NCBI GenBank assembly: GCA_024137785.1
Contig: JAHRHZ010000024.1
Location: forward strand, 28,434,342-28,498,341
Origin: Ginglymostoma cirratum
Lineage: Eukaryota
Reading direction: 5' to 3'
DNA length: 64,000 nt
Positions 49,991 through 62,630 of this stretch are shown piece after piece (the first letter of the stretch is position 1; every line of letters starts with the position of its first letter). The notes under the pieces were generated by a model. It had not been told where the DNA came from and made no database searches. It worked only from the letters and a program-made list of their open reading frames with translations. Made by a program: the position numbers and the translations under genes.

Positions 49991-50680
49991 CAAAAGCAAG
50001 TCACACACCTGGCCAAATTTCTTGTCTGAATTAATTCGCTTTCATTTTAAGCACAAACTCTGGGACAATAACTTCACACCCTGTCACTAAAAGATATATT
50101 ATAGCAGGTGCAATAGAGGAGTTAACATACTGAAGGGCAAGAAAGTTGGAAGGAATGCAAAAGGGTAAACATTGTTAACTAATAAGACTGATTGAGTTTT
50201 AGTTTTAAAAGATCCATTCATTAGGGGAAGTGCCTTGGTATTACACACAATGAAATGTATTTTCCGTTGGCTAAATATGAAGTGATCATTTATTATGGTT
50301 TTGTTTTAAATGCTGTGTACAATTGTCTCACAGAACGAAGTGGAATCTTCAAAGGTCATTAAGTATATAAGGCTTCTTCAATGCCAATTAAATAATGAAG
50401 CCAGAGGGCACACTATTGCTTGATTACCTACATTAGGTCTTTGAAGTCAAAGACTCAATGTTGGAAAAAAAATTGCTGTCATCTTTTCAATCATAATTAG
50501 AAACAGAAGAGTTGAGTGCTGTTAAACTTCAAGCACTCTGCTTCTTTGCTAACGACCCTGATGGAAAAAACATAATTAAATTTTAAGAGATATGTTGAAC
50601 ATGACTTTTTTCTTTGTTTATGAGCTCGTTATGGTCTCTAAATAGAAAATTATAGGAATTTATATCACGAATTGTCTTAC

Positions 50681-50871
50681 CATTTGTTTTTATTCAATCT
50701 TCGTAGCTGGTGCAACTTTATAATTTAATTTCTTCATATCTGCAATGGATTTTGTACTAAAGTCTATGTACGTAAAATGCAGATTTGTCAAGTTTCTCCA
50801 TAATAGTGTTGATGAAATCTGATTTTGTTTGTGTAAAGTTCCTTTCTGATGTACAGCATGACTAATTACAC
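50681..50871 (-). pseudogene. Candidate exon (191 nt), phase 1-0, one stop
   Basis: Acceptor ATTATTTCACTAG|, donor ATG|GTAAGA. Peptide VISHAVHQKG...VAPATKIE*KQM. Confidence 0.45.
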
Positions 50872-51184
50872 CTAGTGAAATAATTACTTCCAATCTCAAT
50901 TACTGTTAATAACCTGTGACATATAGAGAATACTGTGTGCAAGGGGAGGACAAAATAATGTAAAGACAGATAACAGATGACGGCTTGAACTAACACACAT
51001 ATTAGTTGAGAGTTGGGAATAGATTGCTGCATTCTTAGTAAGTGGGGAATGATAGTGTTGATGTTAGTGAAGAGCAGAGAGAAATTATGGAAGCTGAGGA
51101 GAATCATAAGTTTTATTTCAAAATATTCTCTAATTTATTTTCTGATGAAAACCACACAGTCAAAATAGCTGGTTGACATTCAAA

Positions 51185-51640
51185 AGATAACATGGAGCTG
51201 GAAGAACACAGCAGGTCAGGCAGCATCAGAGGAGCAGGAAAGTTGATGTTTCAGGTTTATACCTTTCAACAGGACTCAGGTGTATAAAATTATGAGGGGC
51301 ATTGATAGGATGAATGCATACACTCTTTGTCCTAGGGATGGGGAATTGAAAACTAGAAGACATAGGTTTAAGGTGAGAGGGGTAAGATTTAAGAAGGAAT
51401 TAAGGGACAACTTCCTCATGCAGAAAGTGGTGCGTGCATATATGGAATGGGCTGCCAGAGAAAGTGGTTGAGGCAGGTACAATAGCTACATCTTAAAAAC
51501 ATTTGGATAGGTACATGGATAGGAAAGGTTTAGAGGAATATGCACCAAATGCAAGCAACTGGAACTAGCAGCATCAACCAGTAAGGGCCAGAGGGTTCCA
51601 TGCTTTGCTTTCCATGCTATTTCCATGCTGTATTACTCTA
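51185..51640. mobile_element. Penelope-like tail (-, ~51185-51275) abutting a CR1 3' end (+, ~51280-51640)
   Basis: Family-1 terminus followed by YKIMRGIDRMN...RRHRFKVRG. Confidence 0.85.
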
Positions 51641-51924
51641 TCAGCTCTTTGATGTCTTTCTGGAAATGTGAAATAATTAAATTCTCTCACTACCTATCAA
51701 TCAATAGCAGTTACTTTCTACAGTGCTCTGCTGCTAGTGGAGTTTGGATGTATTTAGAAGTGTTTCTGAAATCAACCAATTTTTGCCATCTGCATAAAAT
51801 TCAGTAAATTGCCATACAGGCCACAGTTGTGGTTCCCTAAATGGTAATTTCTGCTCACACAGCTGTGATATGGTTGAAGAGCAGGGCAGAAACTTCCCTA
51901 AAATAGGTTAATGTGAAGAAAAAG

Positions 51925-52178
51925 AGTGGCACAGTGGCTCAATAGCTAGCAGTGCTGCCTCATAGCACCAGGGCCCCGGGCTTGCTTCCACCCTTGGGTG
52001 ACTGTGCAGAGTTTGCACATTCTCCCTGTGTCTGTATGGGTTTGTCCCCACAGTCCGAAGATGTGTAGGTTAGGTGGATTGGCCACGGGGAAATGTAAGG
52101 AGGTTGGTTCTGGGTGGGTTGCTCTTTGGAGGTCCAGTGTGGACTGAATAGCCTGCTTCCACGCTGTAGGTATTTCTA
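51925..52178 (+). mobile_element. HE1-type V-SINE
   Basis: GGCACAGTGGCTCAATAGCTAGCAGTGCTGCC head; GAGTTTGCACATTCTCCCTGTGTCTG core. Confidence 0.88.
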
Positions 52179-52885
52179 CGAAAATAGATTTGGATAGCAC
52201 TAGTTCATTCATGCCCAGGGGAATAGCTAGGAAGAGGTCACTTTTTCACAAGAAACTACTTTCAAAAAGTTCACTGAAAATGGTTTGAGGCCTTTGAGGT
52301 TAGGAGGAGAAACACACAGCTTCATAACAGACACTAAATACGTTATTGCACTTGTTGGATGGAGGTCTGAGTGTTCGTACCTCCAGCTTAAAAGATAAAA
52401 AGTCGTTCTTTAAAATGATATTTGAACTCATTTTAAGAACAGGAGGAAGAATCCAGTTCATCTTCTTCCAGCCTCCCAAGTTTAATGAAAAAACATCTGG
52501 AGGACAATTCAACCAAACATAAAACATGGTTTCCGACAGTAAGTTATTTGACAACTGTTGATGCTAATTATTGTACCGAATGGACAAGTTGCAGATGGTA
52601 TTGGAAGACAGAGTTATTAATTGGAAACAGGCTTGTTGCACATTTCTAACAACTGTGATACATTAAACTGTAAATCTATCTAAATTTTTAAATGTAGTCA
52701 TGCAAGAGAAGACGTTAAAAGCTATTGGAAATAATCATGATATCAAATGGACAAACGTACGCAGCAGTTAATCACAGATCTGTTACCACTAATTGGACAA
52801 TAAGTCTAATCCAGTATGCCTATGTCTGTAAATAATAAAACCTGCTCAGTGGCAGGAATAAAAACATTTTGAATTCAATGACATC

Positions 52886-55801
52886 CCAGTGTGGAACTGG
52901 ACGAACACAGCAGGCCAGGCAGCATCAGAGGAGCAGGAAAGTTGATGTTTTAGGTCGGAACCATTCTTCAGAAATGGGAAGGGGGAAGGAAGCTGGGAAA
53001 AAAATAGAGAGAGGAGGGTTGGGGCGGGGGAAAGGTAGTTGGGATGGTGATAGGTGGATGCAGGTGGGGGGTAGTTGGGATTGGTCGGCAGGAAGGGTGA
53101 GGTGGACAGGTGGGGAAGAAAATGGACAGGTTGTGTCAGGTCAAGGAGGTAGAGATGAAGGGGATGTTTGGATGTGGGATGAGGCTGGGGGTGGGGAGAT
53201 TTTAAAACTGGTGAATTCTACGTTAAGACCATTGGGCTGTAGGCTCCTGAGGCGGAATATGAGGTGTTGCTCCTCCAGTTTGCAGGTGGCATCATTGTGA
53301 ATCTGGAGGAGGCCCAGGATGGACATGTCACCCAGGGAGTGAGAGGGGGAGTTAAACTGGTTGGTGACCAGAAGGTGTTGTCGTTTGTCACGTACACAGT
53401 GCAGGTTGTCCATGAGTCTGCACTTGGTCTCACTGATGTAAAGGTGGCCACATCGGGAGCAACAGGTACAGTAGACCAAGTTGGCGGATGTACAGGTGAA
53501 CTCCTGTCTGATATGAAATGCTTGCTTCAAGCCTTGAATGGAGGCGAGGGGGGAGGTGTAGCACTTCCTGCAGTTGCAGGGAAAGATGCCGGGTATAGTG
53601 GGATTAGTGGGGAGTCTGGAGAGGATGAGGGAGTCGCAGAGTGAGTGATCCCTAAAAAAGGCACATAGAGGTTGGGAGAGAAATATCTCTTTGGTCATGG
53701 GATTGGATTGTATGTGGCGGAAGTGGTGGAGGGCAATACACTGGATGCAGAGGTTGGTGGGATGGTATACGAGGACCGGGGGGTTTCTGTCTTTATTTAT
53801 GTTGAGAGGAATGGGTTTGAGGGCAGAAGGATGGGAAATGCAAGAGATGTGGTTGAGGTGATTTTTGATCACCAGAGGGAAGATGTTGTGGTCCTTGAAA
53901 CAGGAGGACATCTGGGATGTCCGGAAGTGGAACACTCCCTCTTGGGAGCAGATGCAGCTGAGGCAGAGGAATTGGGAATAGGGGATCGCATTCTTGCAGG
54001 GGGTTGGGTGAGGGGAGGTGTAGTCCACATAGCTGTGGGACTTGGTGGGCTTGAAATAGATGTCAGTATTGAGGCAGTTACCAGAGATGGAGATGGAGAG
54101 GTCCGGGAAGGGGAGGGAGGTATGGGAGATGGTCCAGGTGAATTTGAGATTGTGGCCAAACGTGTTAGTAAAGTTGATGAACTGTTCAAGCTCCTTGTGG
54201 GAGCATGAGGCAGCGCCAATAAATGTAGTGGAGGAAGAGGTGAGGGATGGTGCCGGTGTAACAGTGGAAAAGGGACTATCCCACCTATCCTATGAAGAAG
54301 CAGGCACAGCTGCCCCTGAGTTTGTAGGAAGTGGGTGGAGTTAAAGGAGAAGTCTTTAAGGGTAAGGATGAGTTCTGATAAGCGGATGAGGGTATCAGTG
54401 GAAGGGTACTCATTTGGCCTGCAGGAGGGCTTTTAGGCCATCTGTGTGGGGGATACAAATGTACATGGATTGGATGTCCACATTGAAAATGAGGTGTTGT
54501 GGGCCAGAGAATTGGAAGTCTTGGAGGAAGTGGAGGGCGTGGGTGGTGTCCCAGAGATAGGTGGGGAGTTGCTGCACCATGGAGGAAAAGACAGAGTCAA
54601 GGTAAGTAGAGATGATTTCAGTGGGGGTAGGAGCAGGCAGAGACAATGGGTCGACTGGGACGGTCAGGTTTGTGGATTTTGGGAAGGAGATAGAAACGGG
54701 TGGTTCAGGGTTGGGGAACGATAAGATTAGAGGCTGTGAGCAGAAGGTCACCTGAGGTGACGAGGTTATGAATGGTCTGAGAGATAATGGTTTGGTGATC
54801 AGGGGTGCGGTCATAATTGAGGGGCGGTAGGAGGAGCTGTCAGAGAGTTGGCGCCTGGCCTCGGCGATGTAAAGGTCAGTGTGCCGTACCACTACTGCAC
54901 TCTCCCACCACCTTATTTGTAGGTTTGGTGGTGAGTTTAGAGTTGGAGCGGAGGGAGCAGAGGGCTGCATGCTCCGCGGGGAAGAGGTTGGAGTGAGTGA
55001 GAGGGGTGGCGAGATTAAGGCAATCAATATTGCAACAGCAGTGGAGTTGAAGAGGTCAAGAGGGGGTAGGAGGGCATGGGACAGTATCCAGGAGGATGGG
55101 GTGTATTGAAGGTGGGAGAAGGGGTCTGCAGAGGGTGGCTTAGACTCACAGTTAAAGAAATAGGCGTGGAGGCAGCAGAAAAAGAGTTCAACATCCAAAT
55201 ATCAATGGTATTCATTGATGTGTGGGCAGAAGTGAATGAAGGTGAGTCCCTTGCTGAGACAAACAACACTTTCTGGTTGCCAACCATTTTAACTTCCCCT
55301 TCCACTCCTTGGGTGACATGTCCATCCTGGGCCTCCTCCAGTGCCACAATGACACCACACGCAAACTGGAGGAGCAACACCGCATATTCCACCTCGGGAG
55401 CCTACAGCCCAATGGCCTTAAGATAGAATTCACCAGTTTTAAAATCTTTCCACCCCTAGCCTCATCCTATGTCCAAATATTTCTCTCATCCCTGCCTCCA
55501 TCACCTGACACGACCTACCCATCTTCTTCCCCATCTATCCACCCCACTCTTCCCACTAACCAATCCCTACCACCCCCTACCTGCATCCAACCTATCACCA
55601 TTCCATCTACCTTGCCCCAGCCCCACCCCTCCTATCTCAATTTATTTCCCAGCTCCCTTCCCCCTCCTTATTTCTGAAGAAGGGTTCCGACCCGAAACAT
55701 CAGCTTTCCTGCTCCTCTGATGCTGCCTGGCCTGCTGTGTTCATCCAGCTCCACACTGTGTTCTCTCTGACTCCGACATCTGCAGTTCTTGCTATGCCCA
55801 A
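52886..55801 (-). mobile_element. Neptune-type Penelope-like element with inverted terminal copy (55255-55801, +)
   Basis: RT: DLYIAEARRQLSD, PTEIISTYLDS, DIQSMYICIPH. Cys linker PCNCRKCY. GIY-YIG: NLVYCTCCSRCGHLYISETKCRL. TSD TTGAATTCA(A)TGACATC at 52869-52885 and 55802-55817. Hammerhead-like core at 55674-55698. Confidence 0.93.
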
Positions 55802-56013
55802 TTGAATTCATGACATCATTTACTCATGAAATGGGCACATTTTGCCAAATCATTCCCTTTTGGTGCAATTTGTAGTTCGAGTTCTCGTTTTCAGAATTTT
55901 GTTTTGCTCAAGTTTCAGTTCAAAATTACTTGTACATTGGATTGTAAAATCTGCCACTCCCAATCCAACATTTCATAGTTTGGATTAACATGTGCACTCT
56001 TTGATATACTTAC

Positions 56014-56242
56014 GAGCTACAACTTATTTCAGCTGGGTTACTACTAAGGTAAATGAGTTAAAAGGAAGAAAAGCAAATATTGCCAAGTTTTGTAAGCAAA
56101 CTGAATGTAAATGACTGAAAATGATATGAGAAACTTGCTGAAATTTTCTAGCTCTTTTTCTATGTATTATTGAACCATTTCTGCAGTTTAGATATTTAGT
56201 AGTCAGTCTCAATTTTGAAAGATTTGAAAAGTGCATTTGTAC
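56014..56242 (-). pseudogene. Candidate exon (229 nt), phase 0-1, one stop
   Basis: Acceptor AATTTTAG|, donor CTC|GTAAGT. Peptide VQMHFSNLSKL...VTQLK*VVA. Confidence 0.4.
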
Positions 56243-56448
56243 CTAAAATTGTAATCTAATTTTCTGAGCCACTTTGAGGTCCACAAAACAGACAGTATTA
56301 GTGGAAATGTTTCACAGTGATTAATTCAATTTAGGAATGAGCGTAGTTTTACAGATGTAACCAGCTTAATTTTTAAACTATTGCAAATGATCATAGAAAC
56401 AGCTTTTGCACTAGACTAAATGTACATTTAAATTTTTCAATATTTTAC

Positions 56449-56585
56449 ATTGGTTGACTGATCTTGCAAGACTTGTGCTGAACAAAACATGAACTCAGCA
56501 GAATTGTTTATGGGTTTTGATTCACTTGTCATATAATCTATCTGTACAATAGTAGGATCTTGAGGTTTAATGAGATTTCTTGTGA
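56449..56585 (-). pseudogene. Candidate exon (137 nt), phase 1-0, open
   Basis: Acceptor TATATTTGTCTCAG|, weak donor AAT|GTAAAA. Peptide TRNLIKPQDPTIVQIDYMTSESKPINNSAEFMFCSAQVLQDQSTN. Confidence 0.35.
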
Positions 56586-57109
56586 CTGAGACAAATATAA
56601 TGTGCCTCTTACATATGGATTTCTTCAATCTTTCTGAAGTTGTACTAAGTTGTCAATAAATAAGCTAAGACCTTCAAATCATTAAATTGCTTTTCAATTA
56701 TGCAATAAAATGAATGTTCTGGGTGATTGTTGTGGACAGATTTACTTTGTTCAATTGACACAACTTATCTGTGTGTAATTGCATAGAAATAATCAAGGAG
56801 CTTTATACCTCACCCTATTGTTGCAGGTTGTGCTCTCTATTTATCTCTACAGCCTCTCTTCTTGGTGTCTGTGTCTCACTTCTTAAGCCTTGACAGTTTG
56901 ATTTTTGTTTAAAGGTTGGTTTTTCCAAAAGATTGAATAAAAGCTGTTTGCTGATCAAGAGAAAAGCTAAGAAATAATTTATTGTTCAGTGTTCAAGAAA
57001 AACAATATGCGTCTACCATAATATTTACGTTTTATTCGGTTTTCAACACTGGCAACAAAATTATGTATTGCTTCAAAATCTTGAAATATGACAGTAGCTT
57101 TTGAGCAAC

Positions 57110-57320
57110 AATAGTCATAGGACCATAAGACATAGGAGCAGAAGTAGGCTATTCCGCCCATCAAATCTGCTCCACCATTCAATGAGATCATGGCTGATCT
57201 GATAATCCTCAATTCCACTTCCTGCCTTTACGTTGTAATGCTTGATCCTCAACTGTTTAAAAACCTGTCTATCTCAGCCTTGAATATACTTAATGACCCA
57301 GCTTTGAACAGTGCTCTGTG
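57110..57320 (-). mobile_element. CR1 3' UTR end
   Basis: Minus GATCAGCCATGATCTCATTGAATGGTGGAGCAG...TCCTATGTCTTATGGTCCTATG tail. Confidence 0.85.
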
Positions 57321-57949
57321 GAGTAATAAGAATAGAAACTGCTGAGAAATCAGTTACCTGAAATTTTGGCCCCATGCTTTTTGGGAAAGTGGTGTGGAGA
57401 AAGGGGTGCAAAACACAATCAGGTTGCGAAGAATGAATAGATCCTGCAAGTAAAAATAATTTGGCCCTTTACTTCTGAACTCTTCTGTTACCACCAGGCA
57501 ACCAATCAGGTTGACAGTCCGACTGCTTGCTGGATGGCAAACCACCACCATGATGCTAACTGGAAACAAAAACAAAAGCTGTCTGGTCATCTGCTTAACT
57601 TTCTTCTGTTGATACAGTTATGAATTCTTTGTTATGAATGCTTGTGTGAGCTCCAAGTATAGCCAACAGACCCAATTCAGCAGGGATCTGTTTACTCAGT
57701 TGGAAAGAGAATGCCACCTTTGTGTGATTGACATTGTTATTACCTCATGGTAAACTGATGGGTTTTTTTTCCTGTTTACTACCCAGTAGTGTTATGACAC
57801 ACAACTGAGTGACCTTTCCACCACCAAAATTACTGTAACTTTTTCTTTCTCTTTTTTTTGAAACCATTCTCCCATTACTAAAACACCAGTGTAGCCAATT
57901 GACTATTTACAAGCAAAGCCCACCATAGGTAATGCAAACCATTAAAAGT

Positions 57950-58720
57950 GAGGTTGTGGGGCATAGAGAGTGTGGGAAAGGACTAAAAATAGAGTTGGAG
58001 GGAGTAATAAAGCACCTTATCTCCGCCTGCCCACCTCTCTCTAAAAGCATCAAGAACATTCGACACTGCATGCTCCTTCTCCAAGGACACTCAGGCACAA
58101 ATATATTTTGAGGAAAAGGGGCAGACAGCCGGCAGAGATGACCTCCTCCACAGTCTGATGCCTGGGCCTGTTTATTGCCAGCCTGGCCAGGCCCAGAAGC
58201 AGACCCACAAGGAGGTCCTCTGATCTGCCCACACACCTCCACATCAGGAGCATGGGGCTGAAGTGCAAGCAAAAACACAACAAAATATTCTTCAAATAAC
58301 TAAAAGGGGGATGCAAGTGCCCGAAACCAATATATACATGGTCCACGGACTCCACAGTGCTCCAAATAAACAGTTGGGTTGTAAGTCCATGGAGTGCTGC
58401 AAGCTGCAATTATTAGGGAATGCTGCATGCAGAACTCTCCACCTCAGGTCCTGATGGAAAGGAGGAGGACTCCCGCGAAGAGAGACTTCCACTGGAGATT
58501 GCCACCACCTGGTAACAAATAAGCACAACAGGGTGTGTCCAGACAGCCGACATAAGGGTCAAGGTGGCTGTGTGCAGCAGCAGCCTGCACAAAAAATGAG
58601 GCAGAAAGACACACTACACATACTCAGGAAGCCACTCAGTTTGTGGGGCACAGCGTCCTGAGGGAGGTTCAAGACTTTGTGGCCAGTGTGAAATTCTGTC
58701 TGATCAGGGATAACCTGATT
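57950..58720 (-). mobile_element. Tx1/L1-clade LINE 3' end
   Basis: DLRWRVLHAAFPNN...QPNCLF / VESVDHVYIGFGHL (degenerate CCHC), then EDLLVGLLLGLARLAINR. Confidence 0.8.
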
Positions 58721-59309
58721 TTTATTTCAAGACCTTTATTCAATGGATATGTATTTATTTGGACAAGATTAAAATTAGTGAAGCAGACTGAAATTTCTTC
58801 AATGGGACTACTAATGCTTGTGGCATTGTAATGACAAGGTAAGAGGGGAAGTGTTTTTGAGAGGAGCTGTTAAATGGCTGTATTTTCTTCTTCTTCATAA
58901 GTGTTTCAAAGATTAATGTGATTACAAGGTTCATTGGTTTGTGCTTGGTGCATTCTGAGTGTGTAGGCAGTGGAGGGGGGGAGGCGGGAGCGTGATATGA
59001 GGGGACTGGGAGTGGTATGGAATGGTAGGGTTGGATGTAGGCCTGAGGGGTGAAGACCACAGCACCAGCAACTACAATTCCAAAACATTAAACGAAATAA
59101 ATTCTCCTAATCTGCCAAATTCACCATCCAGCTGCCTCAACTGTCAGCTTGGGCCTTCCTCCAGGTGCAATGGGTATATTTCGAGTCTACACTAATCTCC
59201 CTGTTATCAAAATAAGACAGGTGAGTTCGACAAGGATGGAGACTGGTTGCTTGGAAAGGAACATTCCCATCTCCAGATATCTGTCTCCGCAATGAAATTC
59301 AGCCCCAAG

Positions 59310-60130
59310 ATTCTGCAAAGGGTTATAGACAGGTTAGGCAAATGGGCAAAATATTGGCAGATGGGGTCAAATGTGGAAAATGTAAGGTTGTCCACTTTAG
59401 CAGGAAGAATAGAAAAACAATGTATTATTTAAGTGGTGAGTGGTTACAGAATGATAAAGTACAGCAGGATTTTGGTGTTTTCATACATGAAACATAACAA
59501 GCTAACAGCAAGGAAAACACAATATAAAAGTTGCTAAGATTTGCTACATTGTTATTGGTAGGACCATCTTAGAGTATAGCGTAAGTTTTGGTTGTTTTAT
59601 TTGATGAGGCACATACTTGCATTGGAGACAGTTCAGAGAAGTGTCAGTAAGTTGGATCCTGGAATGAAGGGTTGTTGTATAAGATCAGGACAAGCAGGAT
59701 GGGTTAAATTCCTTGTAGCTTAGTACAATAAGTGGCCATTTTATTGAAAGAGACTAGTTTCCGAGGTTAGGTTCACAGGGTACATGCTAAGGGAAAGCTT
59801 GCCTCATGGGCAAATCTAGAATCAGGGGATGCAATCACAGAATAAAGGATGGTCCATTTAATATGGAGGCAGGAGGAATTTTTTTTCTCCCAAATAGTAA
59901 TCAATCTTTCAAATTTTCTACCCTTGAGATCTTGTTGAGGCTGAATCATTGAATACATACAAGGCTGAAATGAATTGATGTTTCAGCAATAGGCGTGCTG
60001 AGTTATAGGGAACAGGCAAGTTATGTTGAAAACGAGATTAGAGCAGGTATGCTCTTCTTGAATAGTGGTAGTGATAAAGAGGGGCTGAATGGCCTACTCC
60101 TCCTCCTATTTCCAATGCTTTTATGTTTAG
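59310..60130 (+). mobile_element. Old CR1 3' fragment
   Basis: LQRVIDRLGKWAKYWQMGSNVENV, plus 3' UTR GGGCTGAATGGCCTACTCC. Confidence 0.88.
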
Positions 60131-62086
60131 GAACAGGCCACACACATATCTATAGAGATGATCGGACAAATGACAGTGAAAGGGATTGCAAGAGGATTTG
60201 ATGAAAATGACAAACCTAAAAGGAAATCTGGCCCATAACTTTCTCATTGATCTTCTAGAGGCAGAAACACAAAGCCATCAAAGCAATTTTTTTCAAGAAA
60301 GAAAATAACAAAACCTGAATTAGCTCTATCAGCAATAAGTCACCACTTTAAGGCAGTTAATACAGCTTGTTGTTGTTGAAATTGAAGGGTTTTGCCAGCA
60401 TCTTTTGATGAACATCATTTGTTTTATTACACATGAATGGATTTTCAATATCTTGCCTTAATTCCCTAATGTGTAGTATTCTATTATTTATCTGGCACAA
60501 CACATTTTAATCAAAATTGGTATCGAGTTTTGAAGAAAAAATAATTAATCTTACTTTCAAAAAATGGTTGAAATCTAAACTACTTGCTGCTGAATTAGAA
60601 ACCTCCATCTTCCATTAAAAACACAACCAGTTCATTACCATAAAACAATTTCTTTTGATATTAGCTTTCTATCTTCCCTTGTTCATTTAATACATTCAGA
60701 TCCTCCTGGGTATTTGCAAGAAAGTAGTTACCATTACCTTTCAGACAGTTGTTTCTTTTTTACATTTTTACATAAAAGCTGATTGGTATTATAGCTTGTT
60801 GGGTGTAATAGACTTGGGAAAGATTAGGATGCAAAATCTGGAACTTAGATACAGATGATATTGTGCCGTGAGTGAACTGCATCATTTTCACAGGGAAGAA
60901 AACCAAGGGATAACAGATCATCTTAGTAGCAATATGCAAGGGATCATCCATATAGTTTAAGGAAAATAGGCAATTCTTCAATGTAGAAATTCAAGCTGAG
61001 TGTGGGAAGACAAAACATGGATCACATGTTCCACAATTTCCAGTCTGTATCCTAAGTTAGTGCAGCAACAGTTAGCAGTCTATTATATTGTCAATCTTGA
61101 GATTGTAGTATATTACCACATAGTAATCTTACTCAAAATTATGCTTGGCACTTCCACTTCATGTTTGGAACAAAAAGACAGGCCACCTTTAAATTTGACA
61201 CTAGCAGGGTTTTTGAGGCTGCTTCCAAATTCTCTGCGCTGAATCAGTGGCTGTAATGTGTAAGAGGTGGGACATGTATGGTTCAGAGTAGTTGAAATAT
61301 TAAATGGAATTCCTTCTCCCATGGGGAAATGGTAATGAAGCCATTGTGCTGATTTGCTGGCACCATCCCAACTCCAGGGTATTTTCCTGGATGCAGGATT
61401 GGAAACAGAAGAGCTTGTCTACCCTGACTGATGGGGAGCCAATTAAGGTAAGCCAATTAAGGCCAATTATGTTCAATTAACAGAGATAGATTGGAAGTTT
61501 TCAGGGGATGCATGGGTTTCCTGAGGCAGTGGGGACTTGGTCAGCTGCCTCCCATGGAAGCTGTGGGCCTGTGCTCCTAGCAGGTTTTGAGGTCCTTCTC
61601 ATTGGCCTGACACAAGCTACAGCCACAGGCTGACCAGTAGAAATGTTTCTCCTTAACAGTGGTGACCTGGCAAAAATGGCCATTTTTCAGTTTAAAATAT
61701 TGAAAGGTTGCTGAGATGGAGGTGTCCTGTCTCTCTCTCCATCTGCAATATCAGGCTGCAGGTTCTTCCAAACTGGAGGACTTGCTGTTAGCTGTCCTGC
61801 TTTAAGAGCTTGTTGATTCACTCTGATCAGTCATTGATACTTTCAAAAAAATAAGATAGTGCACGACAATATAATGCAGGATCAGAGCTTCCATTGATCT
61901 GGTGTCAAGGTTCCAAACAAAACCCCAAATCCTCCCCACTTTGTTCAAATAACCTTCACCAGAACAATCTCCTCAGCTAAACTTTGTAGAACCTACCTAC
62001 TTATATACTCTGTCTCTTTGGCAGATGTTAATTTTTTTGTTTTCTGTAGCTAGCAATGCATATCCCCATGCTGACAAACTGTTTAC

Positions 62087-62199
62087 CTTATTCCCTCCAA
62101 TTTCTCTCCTTCTTCGAACCTGTTTCAGTGAGCAAACTTTCTGTCACCATACCCGATATATTTTTCTTTTGACCACGCAAAATGACTTTATGATCTGTT
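62087..62199 (-). pseudogene. Candidate exon (113 nt)
   Basis: Acceptor CCTTGCTGTTTTCATGTAG|, donor AAG|GTAAAC. Peptide TDHKVILRGQKKNISGMVTESLLTETGSKKERNWRE*. Confidence 0.3.
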
Positions 62200-62630
62200 C
62201 TACATGAAAACAGCAAGGTTAATGCCACTAATGTTCTTACAGTCTTTGCCTCATGTGAGACTTCAGGGTCAATGTACTGCTAATAGAAAAAATTCTCATT
62301 CAGTATTAGCAACTAAAACTGACGTTTTACTGAATACCCGAGACTCATTATAAACTGTGTTTAGCTCCTGCCAGGAACAGTCCTTTATAATCTGATAGGC
62401 GAAGCTTACTCATGATGTCAGTTTCAGATCCTGACTGCATCATACAGATCCCCCTCCAAGTTTTTTTTTCCAATTATTAATTTTTCAGTACATTTGTTTC
62501 AAATAAGTAAAGTAAATTTATTACCACCTCAACTCCACTTATCTCTGATTTTATAAATGACTGACAACTTGGAACTCTGCTGCTTGTGGTCCATGTATGT
62601 ACAGGTACAGTCTATTACCACACTGAAAAC

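Noticed and set aside
52438-52538. Plus-strand exon-like segment (EQEEESSSSSSSLPSL...|GTAAGT)
   Set aside because: Weak acceptor and no partner exons found on that strand. It shows that such pseudo-exons can arise by chance.
53264-54724. Long plus-strand ORFs (126-178 aa) rich in G/V/E
   Set aside because: Antisense shadows of the C-rich Penelope-like ORF.
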